From: a virus
DNA length: 64,000 nt
IMG/VR virus record: IMGVR_UViG_3300035670_000026
Span: 64,001 to 128,000 of that record
Strand: one strand, 5' to 3'
Of the stretch, positions 1 through 9,899 are shown in pieces. Position 1 is the stretch's first letter; each line of letters opens with the position of its first letter. The position numbers were made by a program, and so were the translations under genes. Below the pieces are notes generated by a model. It worked only from the letters and a program-made list of their open reading frames with translations, searched no databases and was not told the origin of the DNA.

Positions 1-660
1 CAAGGAGGACTAGGAGGGGTACCAGCAGCAGGTATGTTTGGACTTGGTATGGGTGGATATGCGGGGTATTTAATGATGCCTACAAGTTTTGCTATGCAAA
101 ATATTCAAGCTATTGAAATGCAAAACCAGGTAATGCTTTCAAATTATACCTTTAATGTTATAAACAATATATTATCTGTATTTCCAATTCCCGGAACTGG
201 TGATTTTGAATGGGGTATAGATGATGATGGTGGATTAGGATATGGACATTATTTAGTATTTGACTTTATTAAAATCCAAGATAGAATTGATGCTTCTTTT
301 GCTGACGGTACTAATAAAATTACCAATACCTCAGATGCTCCTTATTTAAATCCTACTTATGCTAAAATTAATTCAATAGGTAGAAGTTGGATTTTCGAAT
401 ATACTTTAGCTAAAGCTAAAGAAATGTTAGGTTTAACTCGTAACAAATATTCTCAAATACCAATCCCTGGAGCTGAAGTAACTTTAAATGGTGATTCGTT
501 AGCTACGCAAGGTATTGATGAACAAGAAAAATTAATTACAAGATTAAGAGAATATTTTGATCAAACTTCTCGCCAAGCTTTACTTGAAAGAAGACAAGCA
601 GAATCAGTAGCTCGAGTAGCTGAAATTAGTCAAGTACCAATGACAATTTTTATAGGATAA
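1..660 (+). CDS. Neck/head-completion protein (T4 gp13-like), 5'-truncated by the window edge
   Basis: Frame is open from base 1. C-terminal WIFEYTLAKAKEMLGLTRNKYSQIPIPGAEVTLNGD...PMTIFIG resembles gp13, and it precedes gp14/gp15-like genes. Confidence 0.75.
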   Translation, partial: QGGLGGVPAAGMFGLGMGGYAGYLMMPTSFAMQNIQAIEMQNQVMLSNYTFNVINNILSVFPIPGTGDFEWGIDDDGGLGYGHYLVFDFIKIQDRIDASFADGTNKITNTSDAPYLNPTYAKINSIGRSWIFEYTLAKAKEMLGLTRNKYSQIPIPGAEVTLNGDSLATQGIDEQEKLITRLREYFDQTSRQALLERRQAESVARVAEISQVPMTIFIG

Positions 661-661
661 T

Positions 662-1183
662 ATGGCACTATATGGACAAATGAGAGATATTAGTATGTTT
701 CGATTCATTAATCGTGAATTGATGCAAAATATTATTTCTCAACAAGTAGTATTTTACAAATACAATGTTACTACAACTAAAGTAAACATGTATGGTGAAT
801 CTGTTGAAGGTAGAAATTTTGCAGATCCGGTAATATTATTTGCTTTAATTGAAACAACAAATTTTGAATATCCTGTAAGTGATTTTGGTGCTGATTTTAA
901 TTGGCAGGTAACTTACAAATTTTTACGAGATGATTTAGTTGATGCTAATGTTTACCCAGAAATAGGAGATGTAGTTATGTTCCAAAATGGCTACTGGGAA
1001 ATAGATAATGTAAATACAACTCAATTCTTTGTTGGTAAAGATCCAGAATACCCGTATTTAGATGCAGCAGGAGATAACCCATATGAAGAGGATTTAGGAC
1101 AATTTGGATATAGTGTATCCGTAATTTGCACTTGTCACTATGTTCCTTCAGATAGAATTAATATTGAATTATCACGACTATAA
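662..1183 (+). CDS. Neck protein (T4 gp14-like)
   Basis: NMYGES and YPEIGDVVMF motifs; sits between gp13-like and gp15-like genes. Confidence 0.6.
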   Translation: MALYGQMRDISMFRFINRELMQNIISQQVVFYKYNVTTTKVNMYGESVEGRNFADPVILFALIETTNFEYPVSDFGADFNWQVTYKFLRDDLVDANVYPEIGDVVMFQNGYWEIDNVNTTQFFVGKDPEYPYLDAAGDNPYEEDLGQFGYSVSVICTCHYVPSDRINIELSRL

Positions 1184-2136
1184 TGGCTCAAAATAGACTA
1201 AATAAACCAACGCCAAAAACACAACGTGAGATAAGTGTAGAACAACACAAATCAACGTATTCACCCTCGGGTAATCCTAATTATGCGGATCCTGATGTTC
1301 CTGGTATTAATCGTGCATTACAAACATCATTTAAGGGGGATAATGTAAAACCTTTTAGTGTTGGTATTAAAGATATTGATGAAGCTGTATATTACTACTT
1401 TGAAAATGTAATCCAACCCTCAGTAATACAAAATGGATCTCGTTTACCTGTTCCTATTATATATGGTTCTCCTGAAAAATGGAAATCATACCAAAAAGAC
1501 GGGTATTACAGAGACCAAAAAGGTAAAATTATGGCTCCTTTGATTATGTTTAAAAGAGAGTCAATGGAAAAAAATAGGACTATTGGTAATAAATTAGATG
1601 CTAATAATCCTCATAACTATGGAGTTTCTCAGAAAAAATATGATGCTAGAAATTCATATGATAACTTTAAAGTATTAACTAATAGAATTCCTGAAAAGCA
1701 ATTTTATGCTACAGTAATTCCTGATTATGTAACTATAACTTATAGTTGTGCGATATTTACGTATTATGTAGAACAACTAAATAAAATAGTTGAATCTATT
1801 GAATATGCTTCTGATGCTTATTGGGGTGATCCTCAAAGATATAAATTTAAAACAATGATTGATTCGTTTGGTTTTCAAACAGAATTAACTCAAAATGATG
1901 AACGTATTGTAAGAAGTACATTTACTATAAGATTAAATGGATACATAGTACCTGAAATATTACAAAAAGATTTGAACTCAATTAAAAAATTCTCTGATAA
2001 AACTAAAATTATATTTTCAATTGAAGCTTCTTCAATAGATGCTCTATATACTGGCCAAGAAAATGCTAATGGAACAATTACAACCCCAGAAACAATTAAA
2101 GCACTAGAAATTAAGAAAAAAGTGAACGCAATATAA
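1183..2136 (+). CDS. Tail completion / sheath stabiliser (T4 gp15-like)
   Basis: VPIIYGSPEKW motif, PDYVTITYS..I.T..VEQLNKIVE and RIVRSTFTIRLNGY segments; synteny. Confidence 0.7.
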   Translation: MAQNRLNKPTPKTQREISVEQHKSTYSPSGNPNYADPDVPGINRALQTSFKGDNVKPFSVGIKDIDEAVYYYFENVIQPSVIQNGSRLPVPIIYGSPEKWKSYQKDGYYRDQKGKIMAPLIMFKRESMEKNRTIGNKLDANNPHNYGVSQKKYDARNSYDNFKVLTNRIPEKQFYATVIPDYVTITYSCAIFTYYVEQLNKIVESIEYASDAYWGDPQRYKFKTMIDSFGFQTELTQNDERIVRSTFTIRLNGYIVPEILQKDLNSIKKFSDKTKIIFSIEASSIDALYTGQENANGTITTPETIKALEIKKKVNAI

Positions 2137-2170
2137 TCTTACCATATTTATATGAGATAAATCCTAAAGA

Positions 2171-5100
2171 ATGGCTCAAGTAAGATTCCTAGACCAAGTT
2201 CCAGTTGGCGTATATAATGTAGATCCTACGGGTACCGGTGCTGGTACCATTGATATATACCAAAATGGTACACTAGTAAGCGCTAGTGTTCCATATATTA
2301 ATATCAGCGGTTCAGCTGAGGTTTTAGGATTTGCACCATTCGGTACAAATAATGGTGTTACAATATACGTTTCTGGAGTAGGATTTCCATTTTCAGGTTC
2401 AGCCGAAATTACAGGATCTTTAGTAATCTCAGGTTCTGAGACTTATCCTATTATAATTCAAACCCTTCCGGTTCAAGATATTGAGTACGTAGTAACGTAC
2501 AACCCAATAACAGGTACTTTAGGATATGTAAATGCTACTTCTGGAACAAGCGGTATTTCAGGAACATCAGGAGCTTCAGGACAATCAGGCACTTCAGGAA
2601 CAAGTGGTACAGCAGGTACTACAGGAACTGCGGGTAACTCAGGTAATTCTCAAACTTCAGGTACAAGCGGTACCTCAGGTACAAATGGTTCAAGTGGTAC
2701 AGAAGGTATCTCAGGAATAAGTGCAACTTCTGGCACTAGTGGTACTAGTGGTTCAACAGGTACTTCAGGAAATAGTGAAAATTCAGGAACTAGTGGAACG
2801 AGTGGTACAAGTGGTACTAATGGTTCTGCTGGTACTTCTGGTATAAGTGAAAATAGTGGTACTTCAGGTACTTCCGGTACAAGTGGAACTAATGGTTCAT
2901 TAGGTACATCAGGAGAAAGCCAAACATCAGGTACTTCAGGTACTTCTGGGACAGCAGGTTCTTCAGGAACTGCGGGTGAATCAGGAAATAGTAAAACATC
3001 AGGAACTAGCGGTACTAGCGGTACTAGCGGTACTAGCGGTACTAGTGGTACAAGTGGTACAAACGGTAGCGCAGGTACAGCTGGTATAAGTGAAACCTCA
3101 GGTACAAGTGGTACCTCAGGAACAAGCGGTACAAATGGTTCTTCAGGAACTGCGGGTGAATCAAGCATAAGTGAAACTTCAGGCACTTCAGGCACTTCAG
3201 GTACCTCAGGAACAGCAGGTTCATCTGGAACCGCTGGTGAATCAGGTATAAGTGAAACCTCAGGTACAAGTGGTACTTCAGGTACTAATGGTAGTGCAGG
3301 TACAGCAGGTGCTTCACAAACAAGTGGTACAAGTGGTACTTCAGGTACCTCAGGTACAAATGGTAGTTCAGGTACTTCAGGAGAAAGTAATGTAAGTGGT
3401 ACTTCAGGAACATCTGGAACCTCAGGTAGTACTGGTACTTCTGGTACTTCAGGTAATGATGGTACTTCTGGCATATCTAGTACTTCAGGTACTAGTGGAA
3501 CTTCAGGTACTAGTGGTACAAGTGGTACAACAGGTACTGCTGGTTTAGATGGATTTGATGGTGTAAGTGGTGCTAGTGGTTCTTCAGGTTCTTCAGGTAC
3601 TAGTGGAACTTCAGGTTCTGTAGGTACAGCAGGTACTTCAGGAGTATCACAAACAGCAGGTACATCTGGTACTTCAGGTACATCTGGTACCAATGGTACA
3701 GCCGGTACATCAGGAAATAGTCAAACTTCAGGTACAAGCGGAACATCAGGTTCTTCAGGTACTTCTGGAGAAGATGGTACAAGTGGTACATCTGGTATTT
3801 CAGCTACAAGTGGAACTTCAGGTACCAACGGTTCAAACGGTACAGCAGGAGCTGCTGGACAATCAGGAGCAAGCGCTACTTCAGGTACTAGTGGAACTTC
3901 AGGTAGTACAGGTACTTCAGGGTTAAGTGGAAATTCAGATTCTTCAGGTACTAGTGGTACATCAGGTACTTCTGGTACATCTGGTACTGCAGGTTCTGCT
4001 GGTACTGCAGGTACAGCAGGAAATAGTGAAACAGCAGGTACATCAGGTACTTCAGGTACAAGCGGAACTAACGGTTCAGCTGGTACATCAGGTAATAGTG
4101 AAACCTCAGGTACTTCAGGAACTAGTGGTACTTCAGGAACAAATGGTTCTGCAGGTACAGCAGGTGCTACTGGACAGTCAGGTGCAAGTGCAACAAGTGG
4201 TACATCAGGAACTAGCGGTTCTACAGGTACTTCTGGTTTAAGTGGAAATAGTGAAACCTCTGGTACAAGTGGTACATCAGGTACTTCTGGTACGAGTGGT
4301 ACAACAGGTTCATCAGGAACCGCTGGTGAGTCAGGTACTAGTGAAACCTCAGGTACTAGCGGTACTAGTGGTACTAGCGGAACAAATGGTTCTTCTGGTA
4401 CAGCTGGTATTTCTGGTAATAGTGAAACTTCAGGTACATCTGGTACTTCAGGTACAAGTGGAACCAACGGTTCAGCAGGTACAGCTGGAGTTGCAGGTCA
4501 ATCAGGTGCAAGCGCTACTTCAGGTACAAGTGGAACAAGTGGTTCTACAGGTACATCAGGTTTAGCAGGAGTTAGTGAAACTTCAGGCACTTCGGGTACA
4601 AGTGGAACTTCAGGTACATCAGGAACAACAGGTTCATCTGGAACAGTTGGTGAATCAGGTACAAGTGGCACTTCAGGTACTTCAGGTACTTCAGGCACTT
4701 CAGGCACTTCAGGCACTTCAGGTACAAACGGTTCATCAGGAACATCAGGCGAATCAGGTACTAGTGCAACTTCAGGTACATCAGGTACAAGCGGAACTAA
4801 TGGTTCATCAGGAACTGCCGGAGCTGCAGGTCAATCAGGTGCAAGTGCAACTAGTGGTACCTCAGGTACTTCAGGTAGTACTGGTACTTCAGGTTTAGCA
4901 GGCGAAAGCAAAACATCAGGTACATCAGGTACTTCAGGTACTTCAGGTACAAACGGTTCATCAGGAACAGCAGGCGAATCAGGAAATAGTGAAACTTCTG
5001 GTACAAGTGGTACTAGTGGTACTAGTGGTACTAGTGGTACAAACGGTTCTTCAGGAACGGCAGGTGCTTCTGGTAATAGTGAAACATCAGGAACAAGTGG

Positions 5101-8100
5101 CACTTCAGGTACTTCAGGTACTAATGGTAGTACGGGTACAGCAGGTGCTGCTGGTCAGTCAGGTGCTAGTGCAACCTCAGGTACAAGTGGAACAAGTGGT
5201 TCTACAGGTACATCAGGTTTAGCAGGTGAAAGTAAAACTTCAGGTACAAGTGGAACTAGCGGTACTAATGGTAGCGCTGGAACAGCCGGTGCTTCTCAAA
5301 CAAGTGGTACTAGCGGTACATCAGGTACTAATGGTAGTGTAGGTACAGCTGGAGTTGCAGGTATTTCTGAAACAAGTGGTACTTCTGGTACAAGCGGTAC
5401 TAATGGTAGTGCTGGAACAACCGGTACTTCTCAAACAAGCGGAACTTCAGGTACTAGTGGTACTAACGGTTCAGCAGGTACTGCTGGAGCCGCTGGACAA
5501 TCAGGAGCTAGTGCAACAAGTGGTACAAGCGGAACAAGTGGTTCTACAGGTACTTCAGGATTAAGTAGCGACTCAGGTTCTGCAGGTACAAGTGGTACTA
5601 GTGGTACTTCCGGAACGAGCGGAACAAATGGTTCTTCTGGTACAGCAGGTGCTTCGGGCAATTCAAGAACTTCAGGAACTAGTGGTACAAGCGGTACAAA
5701 TGGTAGCGCAGGTACTTCTGGTATAAGTGATATATCAGGTACAAGTGGTACTTCAGGCACTTCAGGTACTTCAGGAACAAATGGTTCAAATGGTACAGCA
5801 GGTGCTGCTGGACAATCAGGAGCTAGTGCAACAAGTGGCACTTCAGGCACTTCAGGTTCTACAGGTACTTCAGGATTAGCAGGTGAAAGCAAAACATCAG
5901 GTACTAGCGGTACTTCAGGTACAAATGGTAGTGCAGGTACAGCAGGCGCTTCACAAACAAGTGGAACTTCTGGTACAAGCGGTACAAACGGTAGCGCAGG
6001 TACAGCAGGTGCTGCTGGATTAAGCAGAACATCAGGTACCTCAGGTACAAGCGGAACTAACGGTTCAGCAGGTACTGCCGGTAACTCAGGAAATAGTCAA
6101 ACTTCAGGTACAAGCGGTACCTCAGGAACAAATGGTAGCACGGGTACAGCCGGAGCTGCAGGACAATCAGGTGCAAGTGCTACAAGTGGTACTAGTGGTA
6201 CCTCAGGTAGTACAGGTACTTCAGGTTTAGCAGGCGCTTCTCAAACATCAGGTACAAGTGGTACTTCTGGTACTTCTGGTACTTCAGGCACAAATGGTAG
6301 CGTTGGAACAGCAGGCATTTCAGGTGATAGTAAAACATCAGGTACAAGTGGTACAAGCGGTACTAATGGTTCATCAGGTACTAACGGTAACGCAGGTGTT
6401 TCAGGTTTAAGTTCAACTTCAGGCACTAGCGGAACTTCAGGTTCATCAGGTACCTCAGGTTTAGCACGTACATCAGGTACTAGTTCAACAAGTGGAACTA
6501 GTGGTACAAGTGGAACAAATGGTTCTTCTGGTACAGCAGGTGCTTCAGGAAATAGTCAAACATCTGGAACTTCAGGTACTAGCGGTACAACAGGCAGTGC
6601 AGGTACAGCAGGCCAATCAGGTAATTCTCAAACAAGTGGCACCTCAGGTACAAGCGGTACAAGTGGAACAAATGGTTCTTCTGGTACAGCAGGTGCTGCT
6701 GGATTAAGTAGAACATCCGGTACAAGTGGTACTAGCGGAACTAATGGTTCAAATGGCACTTCAGGAAATGCAGGTACAGCAGGTGCAAGTGCGACTTCAG
6801 GTACAAGTGGTACAAGCGGTACTAATGGTTCATCAGGTACTAACGGTAACGCAGGTGTTTCAGGATTAAGTTCAACTTCAGGCACTAGTGGCACTTCAGG
6901 TTCATCAGGTACCTCAGGTTTAGCCCAAAATTCAGGAACATCAGGCACAAGTGGTACTAGCGGAACAAATGGCTCTGCAGGTACAAACGGTGCCTCAGGA
7001 AATAGTAGAACTTCTGGTACTAGTGGTACTAGTGGTACAGCTGGTACCTCAGGTACAGCAGGAGCTTCAGGAAATAGTCAAACATCAGGTACTAGTGGTA
7101 CAAGTGGCACAGCAGGTTCTGCTGGTACTGCAGGTACAGCAGGTGCTTCAGGTGATAGTAAAACATCAGGTACTAGCGGTACATCAGGAACTAATGGTTC
7201 AGCAGGTACAGCAGGAGCTGCTGGATTAAGTCAGACATCAGGTACTAGTGGTACTAGCGGAACTAATGGCTCAACAGGTACAGCGGGAGTTTCAGGTAAT
7301 AGTAGAACAGCGGGTACATCCGGTACAAGCGGTACAAGTGGTACTAACGGTTCAAACGGAACTTCAGGTAATGCAGGTGTTTCAGGATTAAGCTCTACAA
7401 GTGGCACTTCAGGAACAAGTGGTTCAAGTGGTACTTCAGGTTTAGCTCAAACAGCTGGTTCAAGTTCAGCTTCTCAAACAAGCGGCACCTCAGGTACTAG
7501 TGGTACATCAGGAGCTACTCAAACAGCAGGTTCAAGTTCATCATCACAAACTAGTGGTACAAGCGGTACTTCAGGAACTAATGGTTCATCAGGTACGGCA
7601 GGTGCATCCGGTAATAGTAGAACATCAGGAACATCAGGAACTAGCGGAACAAACGGTTCAGCTGGTACAGCAGGTTCTTCACAAACTTCTGGCACTTCAG
7701 GTACAAGCGGTACAGCTGGTTCAAATGGTACAGCCGGTGTAGCAGGTGCTTCTCAAACAAGTGGTACAAGCGGTACAAGTGGTACAAACGGTAGTGCTGG
7801 TACAGCAGGTGCTTCTGGATTAAGTAGAACATCAGGCACAAGTGGTACTTCAGGTACAAACGGTTCATCAGGTACTAATGGAAACGCAGGTGTTTCAGGA
7901 TTAAGCTCTACAAGTGGCACTTCAGGCACTTCAGGTTCATCAGGTACTTCAGGTTTAGCCCAAAATTCAGGCACTTCAGGTACTTCAGGTACAAGCGGAA
8001 CAAATGGTTCATCTGGTACAAATGGTGCTGCTGGAAACAGCAGAACTTCAGGAACAAGTGGTACTAGCGGTACAGCAGGTTCTGCAGGTACAAATGGTAC

Positions 8101-9877
8101 AGCAGGTGCTTCTGGATTAAGCCGGACATCAGGTACAAGTGGTACTAGTGGTACTAATGGTAGTTCAGGTACTGCCGGTACAGCAGGAGCTTCAGGTAAT
8201 AGTAGAACATCAGGAACATCAGGTACTAGTGGAACAAATGGTTCTTCAGGTACAGCAGGTGTTGCAGGTATATCACAAACTTCAGGAACAAGTGGTACTA
8301 GCGGAACTAATGGTTCAGCAGGTACAGCTGGTAACTCAGGTCAATCAAGTACATCAGGAACTAGTGGTACTTCAGGTACTAATGGTTCAGCAGGTACAAA
8401 CGGTAACGCAGGTGTTTCAGGTTTAAGTTCAACTTCAGGCACTTCAGGAACAAGTGGTTCATCAGGAACTTCAGGTTTAGCTCGTACAGCAGGTTCAAGT
8501 TCAGCTTCTCAAACAAGTGGTACATCAGGTACAAGCGGTACTTCAGGTGCAACACAAACAGCCGGTTCTAGTTCTGCGTCACAAACTAGCGGAACAAGTG
8601 GTACTAGCGGAACTTCAGGTTCAACAGGAACTGCAGGACAAGCAGGTGCTTCACGGACCTCAGGTACAAGCGGTACAAGCGGAACTAACGGTTCTTCAGG
8701 TACTAATGGTGCTTCAGGAAATAGTAGAACTTCAGGTACTAGCGGTACAAGTGGTAGTACAGGTACAGGAGGTAATGCAGGTGCATCTCAAACAAGTGGT
8801 ACTAGTGGAACAAATGGTTCTTCTGGTACAAATGGAGCTTCAGGTAATAGTAGAACTTCAGGTACAAGCGGTACTTCAGGTACTAATGGTTCAGCAGGTA
8901 CAAACGGTAACGCAGGTGTTTCAGGTTTAAGTTCAACTTCAGGCACTTCAGGAACAAGTGGTTCAAGTGGTACCTCAGGTTTAGCACGTACTTCAGGAAC
9001 AAGTGGTACTAGTGGTACAGCAGGTTCTTCAGGTACAAATGGTGCCTCAGGAAATAGTAGAACATCAGGCACAAGTGGTACTTCAGGTACAAGTGGTTCA
9101 TTAGGTACTTCAGGTAACGCTGGAGGTAGTGGTGTAAGTAATACTTCAGGTACAAGTGGTACCTCAGGTTCAAGTGGTACTGGTGGTGCATCAGGTGCAA
9201 GTAGAACATCTGGTACTTCAGGTACTAGTGGTACAAGCGGTATTTCAGGTAATGTTGGTACAGCTGGTACTTACGTGTCTATAATCGCAGGAAATGGTTT
9301 AACTGGAGGTGGTCAATTAACTACAGATAGAACATTAGATGTAGGAGCAGGTATTGGTATAACAGTTAATGCAAATGATGTTGCTTTAGCATTAGTATCA
9401 AATAGCCCCCCAGAATTATTATATTGGGATGGTTCTCAATTTATAGAATTTACAAGTGGTCCTTTAAGTGCTGGTCCTAATTTCTTAGATGGTAACGGAC
9501 TAATCGATTTAAATAATTTCAATAACTTCTCAGCTAATAGTAAATCGTTTGATATTGTTCACCCAACAAAAGGCGAACCTTGGAGATTAAGATATGGTGT
9601 TTTAGAAGGTCCTGAACATGGTGTTTACTTTAGAGGTTATACAACTGAAAAAGTAATCGAATTACCTGATTACTGGACTGGATTAGTACACGATAATAGC
9701 TACACAGTACAATTAACTCCTGTAGGGAATTGTATGCACTACGTAGTAGAAATTAAAGATAATAAAGTACACATTGATTCAGCTTGTGGAGAAGTAACAT
9801 GTTATTACTTGATTCAAGCAGAAAGAAAAGATGTTGAAAAAGTACTTCTCGAATATAAAAGAGATACAAAAGGATAA
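2171..9877 (+). CDS. Giant Gly-Thr-Ser repeat fibre-like virion protein (2568 aa)
   Basis: About 120-aa unique N-terminus, then about 2250 aa of (G-T-S)n triplets. The C-terminal domain KSFDIVHP...LEGPEHGVYFRG...LPDYW...TVQLTP...AERKD resembles C-termini of phage fibre proteins. An ATATTTATA motif lies upstream. Confidence 0.75.
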   Translation: MAQVRFLDQVPVGVYNVDPTGTGAGTIDIYQNGTLVSASVPYINISGSAEVLGFAPFGTNNGVTIYVSGVGFPFSGSAEITGSLVISGSETYPIIIQTLPVQDIEYVVTYNPITGTLGYVNATSGTSGISGTSGASGQSGTSGTSGTAGTTGTAGNSGNSQTSGTSGTSGTNGSSGTEGISGISATSGTSGTSGSTGTSGNSENSGTSGTSGTSGTNGSAGTSGISENSGTSGTSGTSGTNGSLGTSGESQTSGTSGTSGTAGSSGTAGESGNSKTSGTSGTSGTSGTSGTSGTSGTNGSAGTAGISETSGTSGTSGTSGTNGSSGTAGESSISETSGTSGTSGTSGTAGSSGTAGESGISETSGTSGTSGTNGSAGTAGASQTSGTSGTSGTSGTNGSSGTSGESNVSGTSGTSGTSGSTGTSGTSGNDGTSGISSTSGTSGTSGTSGTSGTTGTAGLDGFDGVSGASGSSGSSGTSGTSGSVGTAGTSGVSQTAGTSGTSGTSGTNGTAGTSGNSQTSGTSGTSGSSGTSGEDGTSGTSGISATSGTSGTNGSNGTAGAAGQSGASATSGTSGTSGSTGTSGLSGNSDSSGTSGTSGTSGTSGTAGSAGTAGTAGNSETAGTSGTSGTSGTNGSAGTSGNSETSGTSGTSGTSGTNGSAGTAGATGQSGASATSGTSGTSGSTGTSGLSGNSETSGTSGTSGTSGTSGTTGSSGTAGESGTSETSGTSGTSGTSGTNGSSGTAGISGNSETSGTSGTSGTSGTNGSAGTAGVAGQSGASATSGTSGTSGSTGTSGLAGVSETSGTSGTSGTSGTSGTTGSSGTVGESGTSGTSGTSGTSGTSGTSGTSGTNGSSGTSGESGTSATSGTSGTSGTNGSSGTAGAAGQSGASATSGTSGTSGSTGTSGLAGESKTSGTSGTSGTSGTNGSSGTAGESGNSETSGTSGTSGTSGTSGTNGSSGTAGASGNSETSGTSGTSGTSGTNGSTGTAGAAGQSGASATSGTSGTSGSTGTSGLAGESKTSGTSGTSGTNGSAGTAGASQTSGTSGTSGTNGSVGTAGVAGISETSGTSGTSGTNGSAGTTGTSQTSGTSGTSGTNGSAGTAGAAGQSGASATSGTSGTSGSTGTSGLSSDSGSAGTSGTSGTSGTSGTNGSSGTAGASGNSRTSGTSGTSGTNGSAGTSGISDISGTSGTSGTSGTSGTNGSNGTAGAAGQSGASATSGTSGTSGSTGTSGLAGESKTSGTSGTSGTNGSAGTAGASQTSGTSGTSGTNGSAGTAGAAGLSRTSGTSGTSGTNGSAGTAGNSGNSQTSGTSGTSGTNGSTGTAGAAGQSGASATSGTSGTSGSTGTSGLAGASQTSGTSGTSGTSGTSGTNGSVGTAGISGDSKTSGTSGTSGTNGSSGTNGNAGVSGLSSTSGTSGTSGSSGTSGLARTSGTSSTSGTSGTSGTNGSSGTAGASGNSQTSGTSGTSGTTGSAGTAGQSGNSQTSGTSGTSGTSGTNGSSGTAGAAGLSRTSGTSGTSGTNGSNGTSGNAGTAGASATSGTSGTSGTNGSSGTNGNAGVSGLSSTSGTSGTSGSSGTSGLAQNSGTSGTSGTSGTNGSAGTNGASGNSRTSGTSGTSGTAGTSGTAGASGNSQTSGTSGTSGTAGSAGTAGTAGASGDSKTSGTSGTSGTNGSAGTAGAAGLSQTSGTSGTSGTNGSTGTAGVSGNSRTAGTSGTSGTSGTNGSNGTSGNAGVSGLSSTSGTSGTSGSSGTSGLAQTAGSSSASQTSGTSGTSGTSGATQTAGSSSSSQTSGTSGTSGTNGSSGTAGASGNSRTSGTSGTSGTNGSAGTAGSSQTSGTSGTSGTAGSNGTAGVAGASQTSGTSGTSGTNGSAGTAGASGLSRTSGTSGTSGTNGSSGTNGNAGVSGLSSTSGTSGTSGSSGTSGLAQNSGTSGTSGTSGTNGSSGTNGAAGNSRTSGTSGTSGTAGSAGTNGTAGASGLSRTSGTSGTSGTNGSSGTAGTAGASGNSRTSGTSGTSGTNGSSGTAGVAGISQTSGTSGTSGTNGSAGTAGNSGQSSTSGTSGTSGTNGSAGTNGNAGVSGLSSTSGTSGTSGSSGTSGLARTAGSSSASQTSGTSGTSGTSGATQTAGSSSASQTSGTSGTSGTSGSTGTAGQAGASRTSGTSGTSGTNGSSGTNGASGNSRTSGTSGTSGSTGTGGNAGASQTSGTSGTNGSSGTNGASGNSRTSGTSGTSGTNGSAGTNGNAGVSGLSSTSGTSGTSGSSGTSGLARTSGTSGTSGTAGSSGTNGASGNSRTSGTSGTSGTSGSLGTSGNAGGSGVSNTSGTSGTSGSSGTGGASGASRTSGTSGTSGTSGISGNVGTAGTYVSIIAGNGLTGGGQLTTDRTLDVGAGIGITVNANDVALALVSNSPPELLYWDGSQFIEFTSGPLSAGPNFLDGNGLIDLNNFNNFSANSKSFDIVHPTKGEPWRLRYGVLEGPEHGVYFRGYTTEKVIELPDYWTGLVHDNSYTVQLTPVGNCMHYVVEIKDNKVHIDSACGEVTCYYLIQAERKDVEKVLLEYKRDTKG
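2535..9270 (+). repeat. Degenerate 9-nt (Gly-Thr-Ser) coding tandem repeat with higher-order blocks
   Basis: ggtacttca/ggtacaagt-type units throughout; recurring blocks such as AGAAGQSGASATSGTSGTSGSTGTSGL. Confidence 0.95.
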
Positions 9878-9899
9878 AATATTTATATAAAAACATTAA

